Source: Octopus bimaculoides
Lineage: Eukaryota
NCBI RefSeq assembly: GCF_001194135.2
Contig: NC_068995.1
Coordinates: 54,643,639 to 54,707,638, forward strand
Direction: 5' to 3'
DNA: 64,000 nt
A program made the translations under genes and the position numbers. The notes beneath the pieces were generated by a model that saw nothing but the letters and a program-made list of their open reading frames with translations, did not search any database and was not told the origin of the DNA. Positions 41,165 to 55,557 of this stretch are shown in pieces; the first letter of the stretch is position 1, and each line of letters starts with the position of its first letter.

Positions 41165-42797
41165 TTGATTCATATGTTGATAGATAGAGATATATAAATG
41201 TGTTTAAACACACATATATACGTGCACAAGCACACATTCTTATGTACATATATATACAAGATACACATACACATGATTTGTGGATGTTACGATATACGTA
41301 TGTATGCGTCATTTTGATGTGTGTCATTTCGTGTTCATGCTCCTTTCCCATTTCATATTTACTAATTCCAGCACATATTTTACTTTGCACCTTTTTAATG
41401 AATTCTGCGATATTATTTTCTACGTTGATAAAAGAAGAAGCAATCAACTTTAGACACCGGGGTTCCAAGAAGCATACCGTTATGATCCATATCTACTAGG
41501 CTGAATACCTCCTCTTGCATTATATATAAAATTTACAAACGAATGAAGAACTGAGAATTTTTACTCTGCACATATCCATGCAAAAACGATATCAAGGAAT
41601 ATCCTTACACAATAGATGTCGACAAATATCATTTTTTTTTTTTTCTGTGACAAAGCTGAAAAGCGCAAAGCTGAAACTGAAGTAAAATCATTCTTGAAGG
41701 CGGCAGGTCGTTAATGACTTCTCACTGGAAACTAACAGAAGAGTAAAATGATGCAGTATATATTAAGGTATGCTAGAAAATTCGTTGTTGGGAAGAGATT
41801 GTCTATGTTTGTGTCATGCCCGAGGTAATATATTTTCTTATTCAAAAATATATATATTTCCACGAACAACACATCACCTATAAATACCAGGCCGTGAGGA
41901 TGCATTAGTAAATAAAAGCGAAAAAGTTCCTATATAGGCATACGCTAAGTGTGTTATCTAAGTGAGAAAATGCTATATCTGGCACATGAGAAAAAGGAAC
42001 ACAAAGATGAATCAGGAAGATCAAGTGTTAATCGGCCAAACGTTTTTCTCAAGGATGAGATTAATCGAGATGTCACATGAATCCCCTAACTCTCAACGAA
42101 AGTGATGAAAATAACCTACAGGAAAACGATCAAGAAATAGAGATAACCAGACGCTGTATTCTGAAAAAGTAAAATTTTGCTCTATATGTATGCATTTAGA
42201 TAACAACGTTACAAATATATAATTATGTTGATAATTGACTCTAGAATTTCAGAATGCACAGTACAGATACACACACACATAAATATATAAGAGGATGTAT
42301 ATGTATGCATGCATGTATATAGTGTATATTCGTATCACAGAAATAAAAAAAAGCGTAGGCACGAAAAGCAGTAAACACCTAATGCATTCAGTTAAATGAA
42401 AACCTAAATAACTGCTAACTGATCTGATGCAATATCAGGCAGCGGTTTTCATGGATACTGATCCTAAATGATCGGCAGTGTTAATATGCACATGTTTCGT
42501 TTTGGTGTTAGGTTGTGTTACAGGATATATTCTCTTTAATACCACACATTTGCTTGCCACTTGGCTCACCATAATCAGTGGAGCATGTCCTTCAGTTGCT
42601 GACGTTACGTGCATGCCCAATCAAGAGTAGTGAGCGATCTCTATAGTCATGTATTGAAAGGATTTGTGGGGTTTTGTACAATTAACCGGTGAAAACATAG
42701 GTATTTCGTTCATGATTCTCTGACAATCCTTATCGAAGGCTGGGACTATTCGATATGCGGGATGGACTACTCGATATGGAAAAAAAATGAAGCTCAC

Positions 42798-42883
42798 CTG
42801 CAAGGTCATGCCCTGCTTATCATGATCAGAGATCAATAACCATGCGTTGCACATATGTTTGTAATGCACGTGCCTGGTGTACT
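42798..42883 (-). CDS. Candidate internal exon (phase 1 to 0): xYTRHVHYKHMCNAWLLISDHDKQGMTLQ
   Basis: Very strong donor TTGCAG|GTGAGC at 42798; the acceptor (CTGTCTGATAAG|) is weak; only one frame is open. Confidence 0.2.
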
Positions 42884-43628
42884 CTTATCAGACAGGTGGC
42901 TATGATGGGCATATTGGCCTGCGTATATTTGTACCCCCATTGTCACTTTGATGGCATGCGCTGCACACTCAGAATAATAATAACAATGACAATAGTAATG
43001 ATGATGTTGATGATGATGATTCCTCAGAAAAACATTGTAAACTTGATATTTCGTTGCTTCCGAATCTTTCAAAAATTACAAACACTTGTTCAGAGCGAAA
43101 TCTTAATATGTAATTGATACATATAGATTGCACCCATAGTTAAATGTCCCACTTGCCGTATCTTGGTGCCTCTCTTACACTTCGAATATCTCGTATAAAA
43201 CAACAGCAAAAGCAGAAGCAGCAGCAACAGCAACAATAACAAGAATGATAATAATAATAATACCTATATTTTGCGTCATGCTGAAAGAATCGACTCAGAT
43301 AAAATGACAATGCTAAGTGCATGTGGTAGTAGTTTTAATTCTTTTCTGCTTTGTGACAAATGCGATCTCTTTGGTGTTTGTATTCATAGTAGCAGTGGTG
43401 GTAGTGATGAGATTGCTCGACGCCAATTACGCAAAACCAGCTGCCATATTTTGAACTTTCATTCCACAATAGTTAATAGTTTGCTCGCAACTGTAACTTC
43501 GCCCAAACACCGCAGCGATTATCACCTCCATCTGTTAATAGCCTAACAAGCATCATCACTAGATACCGTTTTAAAATTGTCTGTATGTCTTTCTATCTCT
43601 CTTTCTTTCTTTCCCTCTGAATATCTGA

Positions 43629-43631
<3 letters not shown>

Positions 43632-43714
<83 letters not shown>
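43632..43714. repeat. Long (CA)n microsatellite
   Basis: Direct reading. Confidence 0.95.
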
Positions 43715-43716
<2 letters not shown>

Positions 43717-44899
43717 GCACGCTTGTATGCATTTCTGAGGTCATCTATTTACTACATGAAACCACTGCCGTCCCTTCTAAAGAACAGCAACCACGAAATA
43801 TACTCATCGCAATAACTTACTATAGTTTTCAGTGAATGTGTACGTCTAAGCGTTTGTGTTGTGTGTATATGTTTGTGGACGGCTGGAACCCTAAGACAAA
43901 CATTATAAACCTGAAAATATTTGTATGCTTGAAAATCTTGCAAAATCGCAAACAGAGCAAGGTTATATTTTCAAACAGGTCACAGAGAAGGTTCCTGAGA
44001 ATATTTGAATGATTTAACATCTTTCAAAATCGCAAGCGGAGAAAGGTTATTTTTTCAAATATGTTGCAGACGAGATTCCATATTTCAGAATCGAAACATT
44101 TGCCAGACTACCTCATTAGTGTCTTATGCTTCATTTGGTATGATACCGCTTCATAGTGTGTACATTGACCTTCCAGTTTCTTGTTAGGCGGCAGCTGAAT
44201 GTGATGTTTCAAGTGTTTTCAAGAATATAACAATGTTTGTTGCAAGAAAGTAAATAATAAAGGCGTTATAAAGACATATGGAATGATCATTTACAAAGAA
44301 ATATAATTTTAAACGCAAACGAAACCACACATGCATTTAAATCGCTGCATTAAATTATTGAAAGCAGGTATACAGATCGTATCATATGAGAAGAAGTTTG
44401 AGGTTTCATGTATCGTCACGTTATTGGCTAAAACAGTCGCGCTTACAAGATACGGCATGAATCAAAGACGCAACATCTCGGATGCCTCTTAATATTGTTT
44501 CATGCATCAGCGCTGAGAGTAAACTCTAACTCGTATCTTTCAAAACACGATTGATCTACCAACGCAGGCAAGGCGTACCCCAACAGAGACAGTCAAAGGA
44601 AAACAAAGTAGCGAAATTGAAGTACGTATAGAAATGTGGAAGACTATTTACATACAAACGTACACACATATGGGGGGGGGGTCCACATTTTCGGAGATTT
44701 TTGCGTCAAAATTAGAAAACCTGGCACTCAGGCAAGGGTGGACAACTCGCCCGGCCATCATTCTTTAAGAGGAATATTTCTTCAACTATCACCGAAGCCT
44801 TTGTGTTATTAAAAAAAAACAACATTTTTTTCCAGAGAACAGTTGTCGTTTGGAGAAAATGGGGAGATGTCTAGTAGTGAAGGTTCATGCGTTAGTGTT

Positions 44900-45600
44900 T
44901 AGAGCGTTGGGTCCGGCTTACATTAATGAAGTAGTGAGTTCGAATTTCGCACCGGTCGTGTGTATACTTGCCTTAAGCAAGAAACTTTATTTCGCGTTGC
45001 TCTCGTACACTCAGTTGTAATAATTAGTTGTGACGTCACTGGTGCCAAGCTCTATCAGCCGTTGCTTTTCCTTTGTCTAGCCTCGGTGGGGAGGAGTGGC
45101 CGGTATGTATGGGCAACCGCTGGCACACCTTAAACAAACTTGGGAGAGACAATTTCGAGGTGTAATCCCATGAAGGTATTTCTAGGGTAGTTACATGCAC
45201 ACCCACCCACACATACACATACTGATAGTCAGTGAAGCATGAAGCGTGACTTTACGTTCGCACAAAAGCAGACAGGGAGTTATGAGTATTTATTGAGCGG
45301 AAGCACCCAGAATCTACTCGAGGCTCCAGCAGGGCGTGGTGCCGAACCCTGCTGCACTCTTTCACCACAATTCTCTCTCACTCTTTCTTCCTGTTTCTGT
45401 TGTACCTGTATTTCAAAATACAGGTTGTGACAGTCTTGTCACAATATGTGTCACGCTGAATCTCCCTGAGAACGAGGTTAAAGGTACACATGTCTATGGA
45501 GTTCTCAGCCGCGTGAATGTTAATTTCACGAGCAGGATGTTCCGTTGACGGATGAACCGAAGCCCCCGTTGTCGTAACCGTCGGAGCGCCACGACACTTT
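44900..45600 (+). mobile_element. Compound SINE-like repeat block (tRNA-like head GAGTTCGAATT, then two SINE-type bodies)
   Basis: B-box-like GTGAGTTCGAATTTCGC at ~44935 and a GC-richer body. The second part (TTATTGAGCG...GAGGCTCCAGCAGGG...TTTCACGAGCAGG...GTCGTAACCG) is recognised from memory as an octopus SINE body; not verified by search. Confidence 0.55.
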
Positions 45601-46376
45601 ATGATTGAAAGATCTCTTTCACGTCACAGCTCAGTGTATGTTCATACGTATATGTATGTAGCTGGTAGTCTTTTATTTGACACTGTTCCAACGTTATTGT
45701 TTAATTGCCACGGCAACGCAACACAAGAAGACAGTTTTCAAATGAACAATGGCATGCAATGAAAGTTTACGTTAACTACCATTATTTTATTGTCGTTTAT
45801 CATCTTTTATTTTTAAGCGCTTGGATTAATTTAGCAAGATTCCATCATTATTTTATGAAGGTCACGTGACAGAATATAGGCTGTTTAATCTGACATTAGA
45901 TGTACGGACGACATTCAATATGCAAAATATGCAGAGGGATGAGAGGAGGAATTGAAATTTCTAAACATAGGTTACGAAGTGGAACTGAAGTAAAGAGAAA
46001 AAAAAAACAGACGCAAGAAATGGAATATATATANNNNNNNNNNNNNNNNNNNNNNNNNNNNNNNNNNNNNNNNNNNNNNNNNNNNNNNNNNNNNNNNNNN
46101 NNNNNNNNNNNNNNNNNNNNNNNNNNNNNNNNNNNNNNNNNNNNNNNNNNNNNNNNNNNNNNNNNNNNNNNNNNNNNNNNNNNNNNNNNNNNNNNNNNNN
46201 NNNNNNNNNNNNNNNNNNNNNNNNNNNNNNNNNNNNNNNNNNNNNNNNNNNNNNNNNNNNNNNNNNNNNNNNNNNNNNNNNNNNNNNNNNNNATATATAT
46301 ATATATATATATTCTTTTATTCCTTTATTGTCCTACTTGTTTCATACATGCATATGTACATGCATACGTACACACA

Positions 46377-46410
<34 letters not shown>

Positions 46411-46786
46411 CATGTATGCAGACAGACATGCGAACGCGCTCATATCTGGATACGAATCAATCAATCTATTTAAACATCTATAAAACTACCCAACTCACTA
46501 ATTCCATCTCTTTCTCTATCTCTATGTATATACGCATTTCTATCTATCTATCTATCTATCTATTATACACACACACACACATACACGCACACGCACATAC
46601 ACACACTATCTCCCTGATCATGAGTGTCGATAATCACAATATGAAGCTCAATGAAACTAGATGTAAATCAATATATGTCGGCAGCAACTTTTTTTTTATG
46701 TACGGTACAGTTTATAAAACGCTACATTGTTCTCCATATTTAGACAAGCACACGCGATATGAAAAGATCTTTGAGAATACAACATG

Positions 46787-46851
<65 letters not shown>

Positions 46852-46927
46852 TCATATATATGTGTGTATATGTATATATATAAGTAGGTATACATATATG
46901 TGCATATGTATATAGGTATTCTGTAAT

Positions 46928-47144
46928 TCTTTTATTTTATTCTTTTACTTGTATCAATCACTTAACTCTGGCTGTGCTGGAGCACCGCCTTCAGTCGAAG
47001 AGCTCGTCCCCAGGACCTATATTTTTGTAAGCTTACTACTTATTCTACGGGCCAGTTTTGCCGAACCGCTAAGTTACGGGGACGTAAACACACCACACGT
47101 CCGTTGTCAAGCAATGGTAGGAAGCACAACACGGACACACATAT

Positions 47145-47184
<40 letters not shown>

Positions 47185-47353
47185 ATATGCACTAGAGACT
47201 TCTTTCAGTTCCTATCTACCAAATCCACTGACAATTTTCTTGTCAGTCCGAAGCTATATTAGAAGACACCTGCTCACGATGCCACGCAGTGTGAGTAAAC
47301 CCGGAACCATGTGGTTGCGAAGCAAGATTCTTGCCACCCAGTCACTCCTGCGC
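46928..47353 (-). mobile_element. SINE family B, full length
   Basis: Reverse complement of the 35324-35765 copy (GCTGGAGCACCGCC ... GGAACCATGTGGTTG ... CACTCCTGCGC). Confidence 0.85.
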
Positions 47354-47380
47354 ACACATACACATACATAGATACGAATG

Positions 47381-47481
<101 letters not shown>

Positions 47482-48238
47482 ATATACACATATTCATACA
47501 TACACATATTCATACACGTTTATACGTGTAAATATATTCGTGCCATTAAATGTACAGGTGTCTACATGCAATTTACGTCTTGCTAGCTGAGTTCGTATAA
47601 CATTGTGTATATCTTGGAGTTGATGATATGAAAATAGATCCATGAGTTTCATCATCATTAATTTGATATTGCATGATCTTAAGAAGAGAAAGGTTTGTAT
47701 AGCCGTATACCTCTGGATTTTTCACTAGTGATTCGCAGCAAGCCTTTTATGAGATAACAAACGCTTTTTGTATGAAACATAGTTAATATTAGAATTATCA
47801 TGCAAAGAAACGTGGCGGAGCACTTGCAAATATATGAGCTGACAACGTGCAATGAAGCAATTTAATTGTTATTCACTCAGAAACACACTTGAGATGGTTA
47901 CATGCAAAATGTTCAAAGTGAAGTCTCCAAACCCAAACCGACATTCACTTAACACAACACATGCGCTGCGCACATGTATGTTTCTAAATGAATCGTGCAC
48001 ATAAACGTACGGAGCCTAGTTAGAGGTATGTAGTACACAATACCTGTTTATTAAAACTTATATAATTTAGATAATGCATCCCATTTTCTACCATCGGTAT
48101 TCCAGTCCATTTTGCCTATCAGCTGATTGAACGAAGCCTAGAGCCTAAATATATATTCCAGGATTTATTATATGTACAACCAACACTCACACAGAGACAC
48201 ATGTCGCCGCTATATAGGTCATGAGAGTGTCTGCTCAC

Positions 48239-48401
48239 CAGTTGAATTATATTCAAACCTACAGGTTAAGACCTTTGGGAATCTAGAACTGTCATCATCA
48301 GTTGAAGACATGAGTAGTCGTGGCAACATTGACATTAAGAAGGTTATTGTGAAATAAATGCAATAGTATGTTTTGTGGATAGTGCGATAATTGTTCGACA
48401 T
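48239..48401 (-). CDS. Candidate coding exon MSNNYRTIHKTYYCIYFTITFLMSMLPRLLMSSTDDDSSRFPKVLTCRFEYNST(G), phase-1 donor
   Basis: Non-repetitive 54-codon frame from an ATG with an upstream in-frame TGA. Hydrophobic stretch, NST sequon, donor ACTG|GTGAGC at 48239/48238. Downstream partner exon not established. Confidence 0.4.
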
Positions 48402-49551
48402 AGCGTAGACCTCGTTAATTTCTCATTAGTCGTACAGCATGCTTGGTAAATACGTATCTGGATTCCACGTGAGGTTTATATGTGTCTAGTTATCGCACAT
48501 GCATACTGGTGAGAAATGTGTATACATATTTACATGCACATACGTATGTGTGGAACTATGCTCGTATATATGTATGTATGTACATAATGTATGCATGCCT
48601 GTCTGTGTGTACGTATGAACATATATACCTGTGTATGTTTGGTAGGCAGGTATGTAGGGTCTAAATCAAGATACCCCACATAGTATTTTCTTAAAAAAAA
48701 ACTTCGTAGCAATGAGATACAGATGTAGCACAAAATATATATGAATTATCAATAAACATGTACACGTGCAAGAGATCTCTGCCGAAGGTAACAATTTTTA
48801 GAACATATATAAGTATGCAATACAAAAAGAGACAGAGAATTTAGCAGCGTACATTAAAAGGCTGTGCAATATTATTTATTTGTATCTGGGTACGCAACTT
48901 TGATTTGGTTTACCAAATCATTCTTGCATAGAGGAATACAGTTAATAATACTGAGTAGTTTTTAATACTCTACACGTCTTTGTAACTATGCTTCAATGTT
49001 TTCAGACTCTCTTCCTGTGTATGTCCGTGAGTACATAAATATGAATATATGTATGTATATGTAAACATATAGATACATACATATATATCTCTCGTTCTGT
49101 CTGCCTGTATTTTGTCTCTGTATATACATAGATATACATATACATAGATATACATATACATATATATATATGTATATATATATATATGCACACACATACA
49201 AACACACACACATACAAAGACACACACACACGCATATACATATGTATATCTATATCAATGTATATGCAAAGACAAAATACAGGCAGACAGAAATACACAC
49301 ATGCACATGTACATACACACACACATACNNNNNNNNNNNNNNNNNNNNNNNNNNNNNNNNNNNNNNNNNNNNNNNNNNNNNNNNNNNNNNNNNNNNNNNN
49401 NNNNNNNNNNNNNNNNNNNNNNNNNNNNNNNNNNNNNNNNNNNNNNNNNNNNNNNNNNNNNNNNNNNNNNNNNNNNNNNNNNNNNNNNNNNNNNNNNNNN
49501 NNNNNNNNNNNNNNNNNNNNNNNNNNNNNNNNNNNNNNNNNNNNNNNNNNN

Positions 49552-49588
<37 letters not shown>

Positions 49589-50022
49589 TATATACACATA
49601 CACACATACATACATTTATGTAGATGGCAGCCGATATATGAGAGTAAATATGAAGATGATGTTACAGAAAATACACTTTTCTTTCTCCAGAATACGAAGT
49701 GGGGAATGAAAAGACAGGAACGAAATATTAGGAAAATTTTATTCATGTAACCTCTTGTAGTCTTAAGTAAAGAATGATATGTTGGACAACGTTATTCCTG
49801 CAATGCAAAGAGAAGGAGAGAGAAAGGGATGGAGAGAAAGATAGAGCTGGAATGGTACTACTTGAAATTTCTTTGATCGTAGTTCAGCTCCATTGACGGT
49901 GACCTATGGTGACACAACTACCAGAACACACACACACGCACACGCATACACAAACACTAACCGCCATATCTTTGTATGTGTGTTTGCATTATTCTATGTA
50001 CGTATTCACGTGTTTTTTTTAT

Positions 50023-50235
50023 TTTATATCTTCTACCTTTGACTTGTTTCAGTTATTCGCCAGCGGTCATGCTGGGGCATCGCCATGAAAAGTTTTAGTT
50101 GAACAAATTGACTTCATTACTTACTTTTATTAACGTCTGTTACTCATTCTATAGGTCTATTTTACCGAACCACAAAATTATGAGAACTTAAGCAGACACG
50201 AATTGCGAAGCGGCGTGGGAACAAACACAAAGTCA
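50023..50235 (-). mobile_element. SINE family B, diverged 3' part
   Basis: CTTGTTTCAGTTATT...GGTCATGCTGGGGCATCGCC...TTTTACCGAACC...GGAACAAACAC. Confidence 0.6.
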
Positions 50236-50830
50236 CAGGAGAATCCGATACAACACGTGAGACGTTGGCAGAAAAAAGGGGTTTGTTAAATATTACTGGT
50301 ACCAAATGATGTATTGATGTGTTGCTTATACTCAAGAGGGAGTAGAATGATAAAAAAGTGTTTCCAAGTGTAATAATTCAGTAGTTTTCTTTAACGAGAT
50401 TACATGTGACATGCATCTTTCAATTTTTTATTCATATGCCTGCGAAATCTCATAAAGTGACCGAATTTACAATCTCCATCATTATACTGCATATGCATCA
50501 GATTGAGAAAATGGAGTATATTCTTGTGACCCCAAAATACCGGGTTCAAATGAAATGTAGTTGTGAAAGTTTACGAGAAAAATGATCAAAGATTTTGGTA
50601 TTTCATATTGTTTGGAAAAAACTGATCAGGATTAAAAACAAGCATTCGCTGTACCCACGCGAGAAGGATTTCCCTTATATATGTGTATGTGTGTGCGCGC
50701 GCGAATGCGCGCGCGCAAGTGCTTTTCTATACTTATATACTACACAAACATAAACATACCTGCGAGATAGATAGATAGGATATATATATATATATACATA
50801 TACACACACGCATAAATACACAAACGCATG

Positions 50831-50939
<109 letters not shown>

Positions 50940-52468
50940 CGTGATCTTTCACGTGTTACTGAGTGTCACGAAAGCAGATACTAGATAGCGGCAAAGAGGA
51001 AAGTGTAGCCGTAATTCAATTTGTATCCAAGCTTGGTATCTTTACAAAACTGCGGCATTAGAGACAACTTCATGGCACTACTAATTTCTGACTTCTTCAA
51101 TATACCAACCAGTGAAATATATGATATTAGCGATGACAACATGATGTATTGATATATGCTTCGAAGGGTGTGTAACACTATTGATAATGTACAACTCGTT
51201 GATAACTAACTCAGCTCACATCTATCCACACACATATACACGCGCGCACACATACAAATACATATACACACATACGCAGTCACACACTGACACACACAGC
51301 AGCACCTGCATACCTACACACAGACTGACAATGGCGCATACATAAATGCGTCCGTGATATACGTATGTGCATATATGTGTGTATATACATATATATGTAT
51401 ATAGGCATGTGGGTGGGATTGCGAGAGAGTGCTTGGGTGGGTGTGCATTTGTGTGTTATGCTTGNNNNNNNNNNNNNNNNNNNNNNNNNNNNNNNNNNNN
51501 NNNNNNNNNNNNNNNNNNNNNNNNNNNNNNNNNNNNNNNNNNNNNNNNNNNNNNNNNNNNNNNNNNNNNNNNNNNNNNNNNNNNNNNNNNNNNNNNNNNN
51601 NNNNNNNNNNNNNNNNNNNNNNNNNNNNNNNNNNNNNNNNNNNNNNNNNNNNNNNNNNNNNNNNNNNNNNNNNNNNNNNNNNNNNNNNNNNNNNNNNNNN
51701 NNNNNNNNNNNNNNNNNNNNNNNNNNNNNNNNNNNNNNNNNNNNNNNNNNNNNNNNNNNNNNNNNNNNNNNNNNNNNNNNNNNNNNNNNNNNNNNNNNNN
51801 NNNNNNNNNNNNNNNNNNNNNNNNNNNNNNNNNNNNNNNNNNNNNNNNNNNNNNNNNNNNNNNNNNNNNNNNNNNNNNNNNNNNNNNNNNNNNNNNNNNN
51901 NNNNNNNNNNNNNNNNNNNNNNNNNNNNNNNNNNNNNNNNNNNNNNNNNNNNNNNNNNNNNNNNNNNNNNNNNNNNNNNNNNNNNNNNNNNNNNNNNNNN
52001 NNNNATATATATATATATATATATATATACAGAGATATTTATATACATAGACACATGCGTAACGTATACACACGTGTATTTATATGTAAATATACAGTCA
52101 TTTCTGATCATATAGTTGCTAACACACACTCACACACACATGCACATACACACACACACATGCAGGCACATTTACCTGTATACATATATATGTATATAGG
52201 CATGTGGGTGGGATTGCGAGAGAGTGCTTGGGTGGGTGTGCATTTGTGTGTTATGCTTGTTGGTAAAGTCTTTGCCTGTTCAACTTGAAGTTCCACAATT
52301 CAGCATTCTTATGAAAATTGTGTTAAAGCCGTCATTTCGCAATCCATTATGGACTAAATTATGTAATGCATTATTTCCATATTTATGAACGGAAGATATT
52401 CTTTAGAACGAGATATGTTGAGTACCGCCATGCAGGCTCTCTGCATGGCTTGTATGCATATATACTTG

Positions 52469-52512
<44 letters not shown>

Positions 52513-53047
52513 GACAGGTGTTGTAACTCTTTACATTGAAGTATGTGTCAGTTTATGATGAGAATGCACGTCGTCGCGTGTGTGGTGTTTCATGCTGCAT
52601 GCATGGGAATTTCCCCAGGTCGTGCTTCTATTTTTCTTGAAACAGGTCAAATATAAATATGTTCATAATTATGTTTATTCAGAGAGATAATAACACTATA
52701 TTCACTAATGCTATACGAAATATATAATGCCTGACGTGAACTCTCATGTACGTAGACAAAATCACCAAACCTAGGCGCATAAATAGATATCAATATATAT
52801 ATATGTTTCACAGCAAAAACTTATAGACTCTAAACTAATTCACTTATACATAGACATAGAAGCAAGCATTCCCACAAAACTGGAATGGTCATGTATTAAG
52901 TGGATGACAGAAATAATTCTAAATATATAAAAGATTATCTCAGAAATCATCATTTAAGCCTTGTCTGCTACATATGTAACTACAGGTTACATTAATATAT
53001 ACATACCACTATACATCTACATCTATCTATCTATATATCTATCTATA

Positions 53048-53087
<40 letters not shown>

Positions 53088-54489
53088 AATCAATCAGTCA
53101 ATCAATCAATCAATCAAACAATCAATACGTATATAAATATATAAATATACATACTACACACACACACACACACACACACACCTAATACATATATGGGAAG
53201 GTATGTAGAAATATATGCAAAATAAGTTCGACAGATTATAAAGTGTTAGTTATGCCTAGATCAATAAATTCTAAGGAATCATAAACTTGGATCGATAGGT
53301 GCGCGCACGCACGCACACACACACGCACACACACACGCACACACACACGCACACACACACACACACACGCAGAATCACACACACATATGCACATTTTAAG
53401 TCATATATGTATGTACTTACTTGGCAAAACTATATATGCATGTGTATATATGTTTGTGTGTACATATGTGAGTGCATATACCTATATATNNNNNNNNNNN
53501 NNNNNNNNNNNNNNNNNNNNNNNNNNNNNNNNNNNNNNNNNNNNNNNNNNNNNNNNNNNNNNNNNNNNNNNNNNNNNNNNNNNNNNNNNNNNNNNNNNNN
53601 NNNNNNNNNNNNNNNNNNNNNNNNNNNNNNNNNNNNNNNNNNNNNNNNNNNNNNNNNNNNNNNNNNNNNNNNNNNNNNNNNNNNNNNNNNNNNNNNNNNN
53701 NNNNNNNNNNNNNNNNNNNNNNNNNNNNNNNNNNNNNNNNNNNNNNNNNNNNNNNNNNNNNNNNNNNNNNNNNNNNNNNNNNNNNNNNNNNNNNNNNNNN
53801 NNNNNNNNNNNNNNNNNNNNNNNNNNNNNNNNNNNNNNNNNNNNNNNNNNNNNNNNNNNNNNNNNNNNNNNNNNNNNNNNNNNNNNNNNNNNNNNNNNNN
53901 NNNNNNNNNNNNNNNNNNNNNNNNNNNNNNNNNNNNNNNNNNNNNNNNNNNNNNNNNNNNNNNNNNNNNNNNNNNNNNNNNNNNNNNNNNNNNNNNNNNN
54001 NNNNNNNNNNNNNNNNNNNNNNNNNNNNNNNNNNNNNNNNNNNNNNNNNNNNNNNNNNNNNNNNNNNNNNNNNNNNNNNNNNNNNNNNNNNNNNNNNNNN
54101 NNNNNNNNNNNNNNNNNNNNNNNNNNNNNNNNNNNNNNNNNNNNNNNNNNNNNNNNNNNNNNNNNNNNNNNNNNNNNNNNNNNNNNNNNNNNNNNNNNNN
54201 NNNNNNNNNNNNNNNNNNNNNNNNNNNNNNNNNNNNNNNNNNNNNNNNNNNNNNNNNNNNNNNNNNNNNNNNNNNNNNNNNNNNNNNNNNNNNNNNNNNN
54301 NNNNNNNNNNNNNNNNNNNNNNNNNNNNNNNNNNNNNNNNNNNNNNNNNNNNNNNNNNNNNNNNNNNNNNNNNNNNNNNNNNNNNNNNNNNNNNNNNNNN
54401 NNNNNNNNNNNNNNNNNNNNNNNNNNNNNNNNNNNNNNNNNNNNNNNNNNNNNNNNNNNNNNNNNNNTATATCCGAAGGACATGCCGAT

Positions 54490-54783
54490 ACATACATACA
54501 TACATACATTGATAGGTAAACAGATGGATGGATTGATGGATAAATGGATAGATAGATAGATAGATAGATAGAAAGAAAGATAAGTTAGACAGATAAATAA
54601 ATACATAGATAAATAAACAGATAGAAGGATAGATTGATAAGATAGATAGATATAAATAGCCAGACAGACAGACAAGTAGGCAGGCAGGCAGGCAGGCAGG
54701 CAGACAGACATACAGACATGTAGGCAGGCAGGCAGACAGACAGACAGACAGACAGACAGATAGATAGACAGATAGATAGATAG
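54490..54783. repeat. Compound (GATA/GACA/GGCA)n microsatellite
   Basis: Direct reading. Confidence 0.95.
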
Positions 54784-55035
54784 AAGTTTTCTAGTCGATA
54801 GAACTTTTCTTGTCAGATGATATTCGGAAATGAATGGCAAGAACGTGTACATGATTGCACACAAGCGCGCAATTACTCACATATCTGTTGTATATATTCA
54901 TGTGGATGTATGTATAAACAAGTTATTAAGATGTAAACTATTCCGGAAGGTAGACAAGTGGCGGAGATATCATATGAACAAATATATTGAATGATAGCGA
55001 TTATATGAATATATGTATATGTGTTTGTGTGTATG

Positions 55036-55123
<88 letters not shown>

Positions 55124-55557
55124 TATGTCAGTATATACGTATGTGTTTTTGTATTTGTAACTATGTATGTGTGTGTGTGGATGTATAATGAAATAGTGCT
55201 TTTAAATTGTGAAAGAAGAGCTGCAGCAAAGTGTGGAGACAGAGGAATGATACTATGTAGAAAGTAACACTACTATTGAGTTACAGAGTTTATGCGAACA
55301 AGACTCTAATAGAGAAATGGAGAGACCGTGAGTTGCTATAGAATGATGATGGAATTATGTAGGATGAATGCGATAAAAAAAAAAATGAATCTCATAAATA
55401 GGATGACAGAAAGTAAATTAAATTGTATCTGGAAAATTCAATTATATATTCTTGCTTATATTTGTAAATATAGTTTTAAAAGATAATTTTTATTATTCAT
55501 TTTATTGTTTTTTCCTTCCTTTTTTTGCATCTTTGTTAAGGAACATAATGCGCTTAC

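Noticed and set aside
43264-43280. 17-nt microexon candidate (TTCTTTCAG|...|GTATTA); similar 4-9-nt candidates near 15130, 53420 and 54890
   Set aside because: Such short AG..GT pairs arise often by chance; no independent support.
44062-44136. Plus-strand exon-like segment (TTGCAG|...TTTG|GTATGA)
   Set aside because: Two frames open but no recognisable peptide and no partner exons.
52281-52405. Minus-strand peptide SVHKYGNNALHNLVHNG...IRMLNCG resembling an ankyrin repeat
   Set aside because: Bounded by stops, no good donor, single short motif; also does not fit a signal-peptide protein's next exon.
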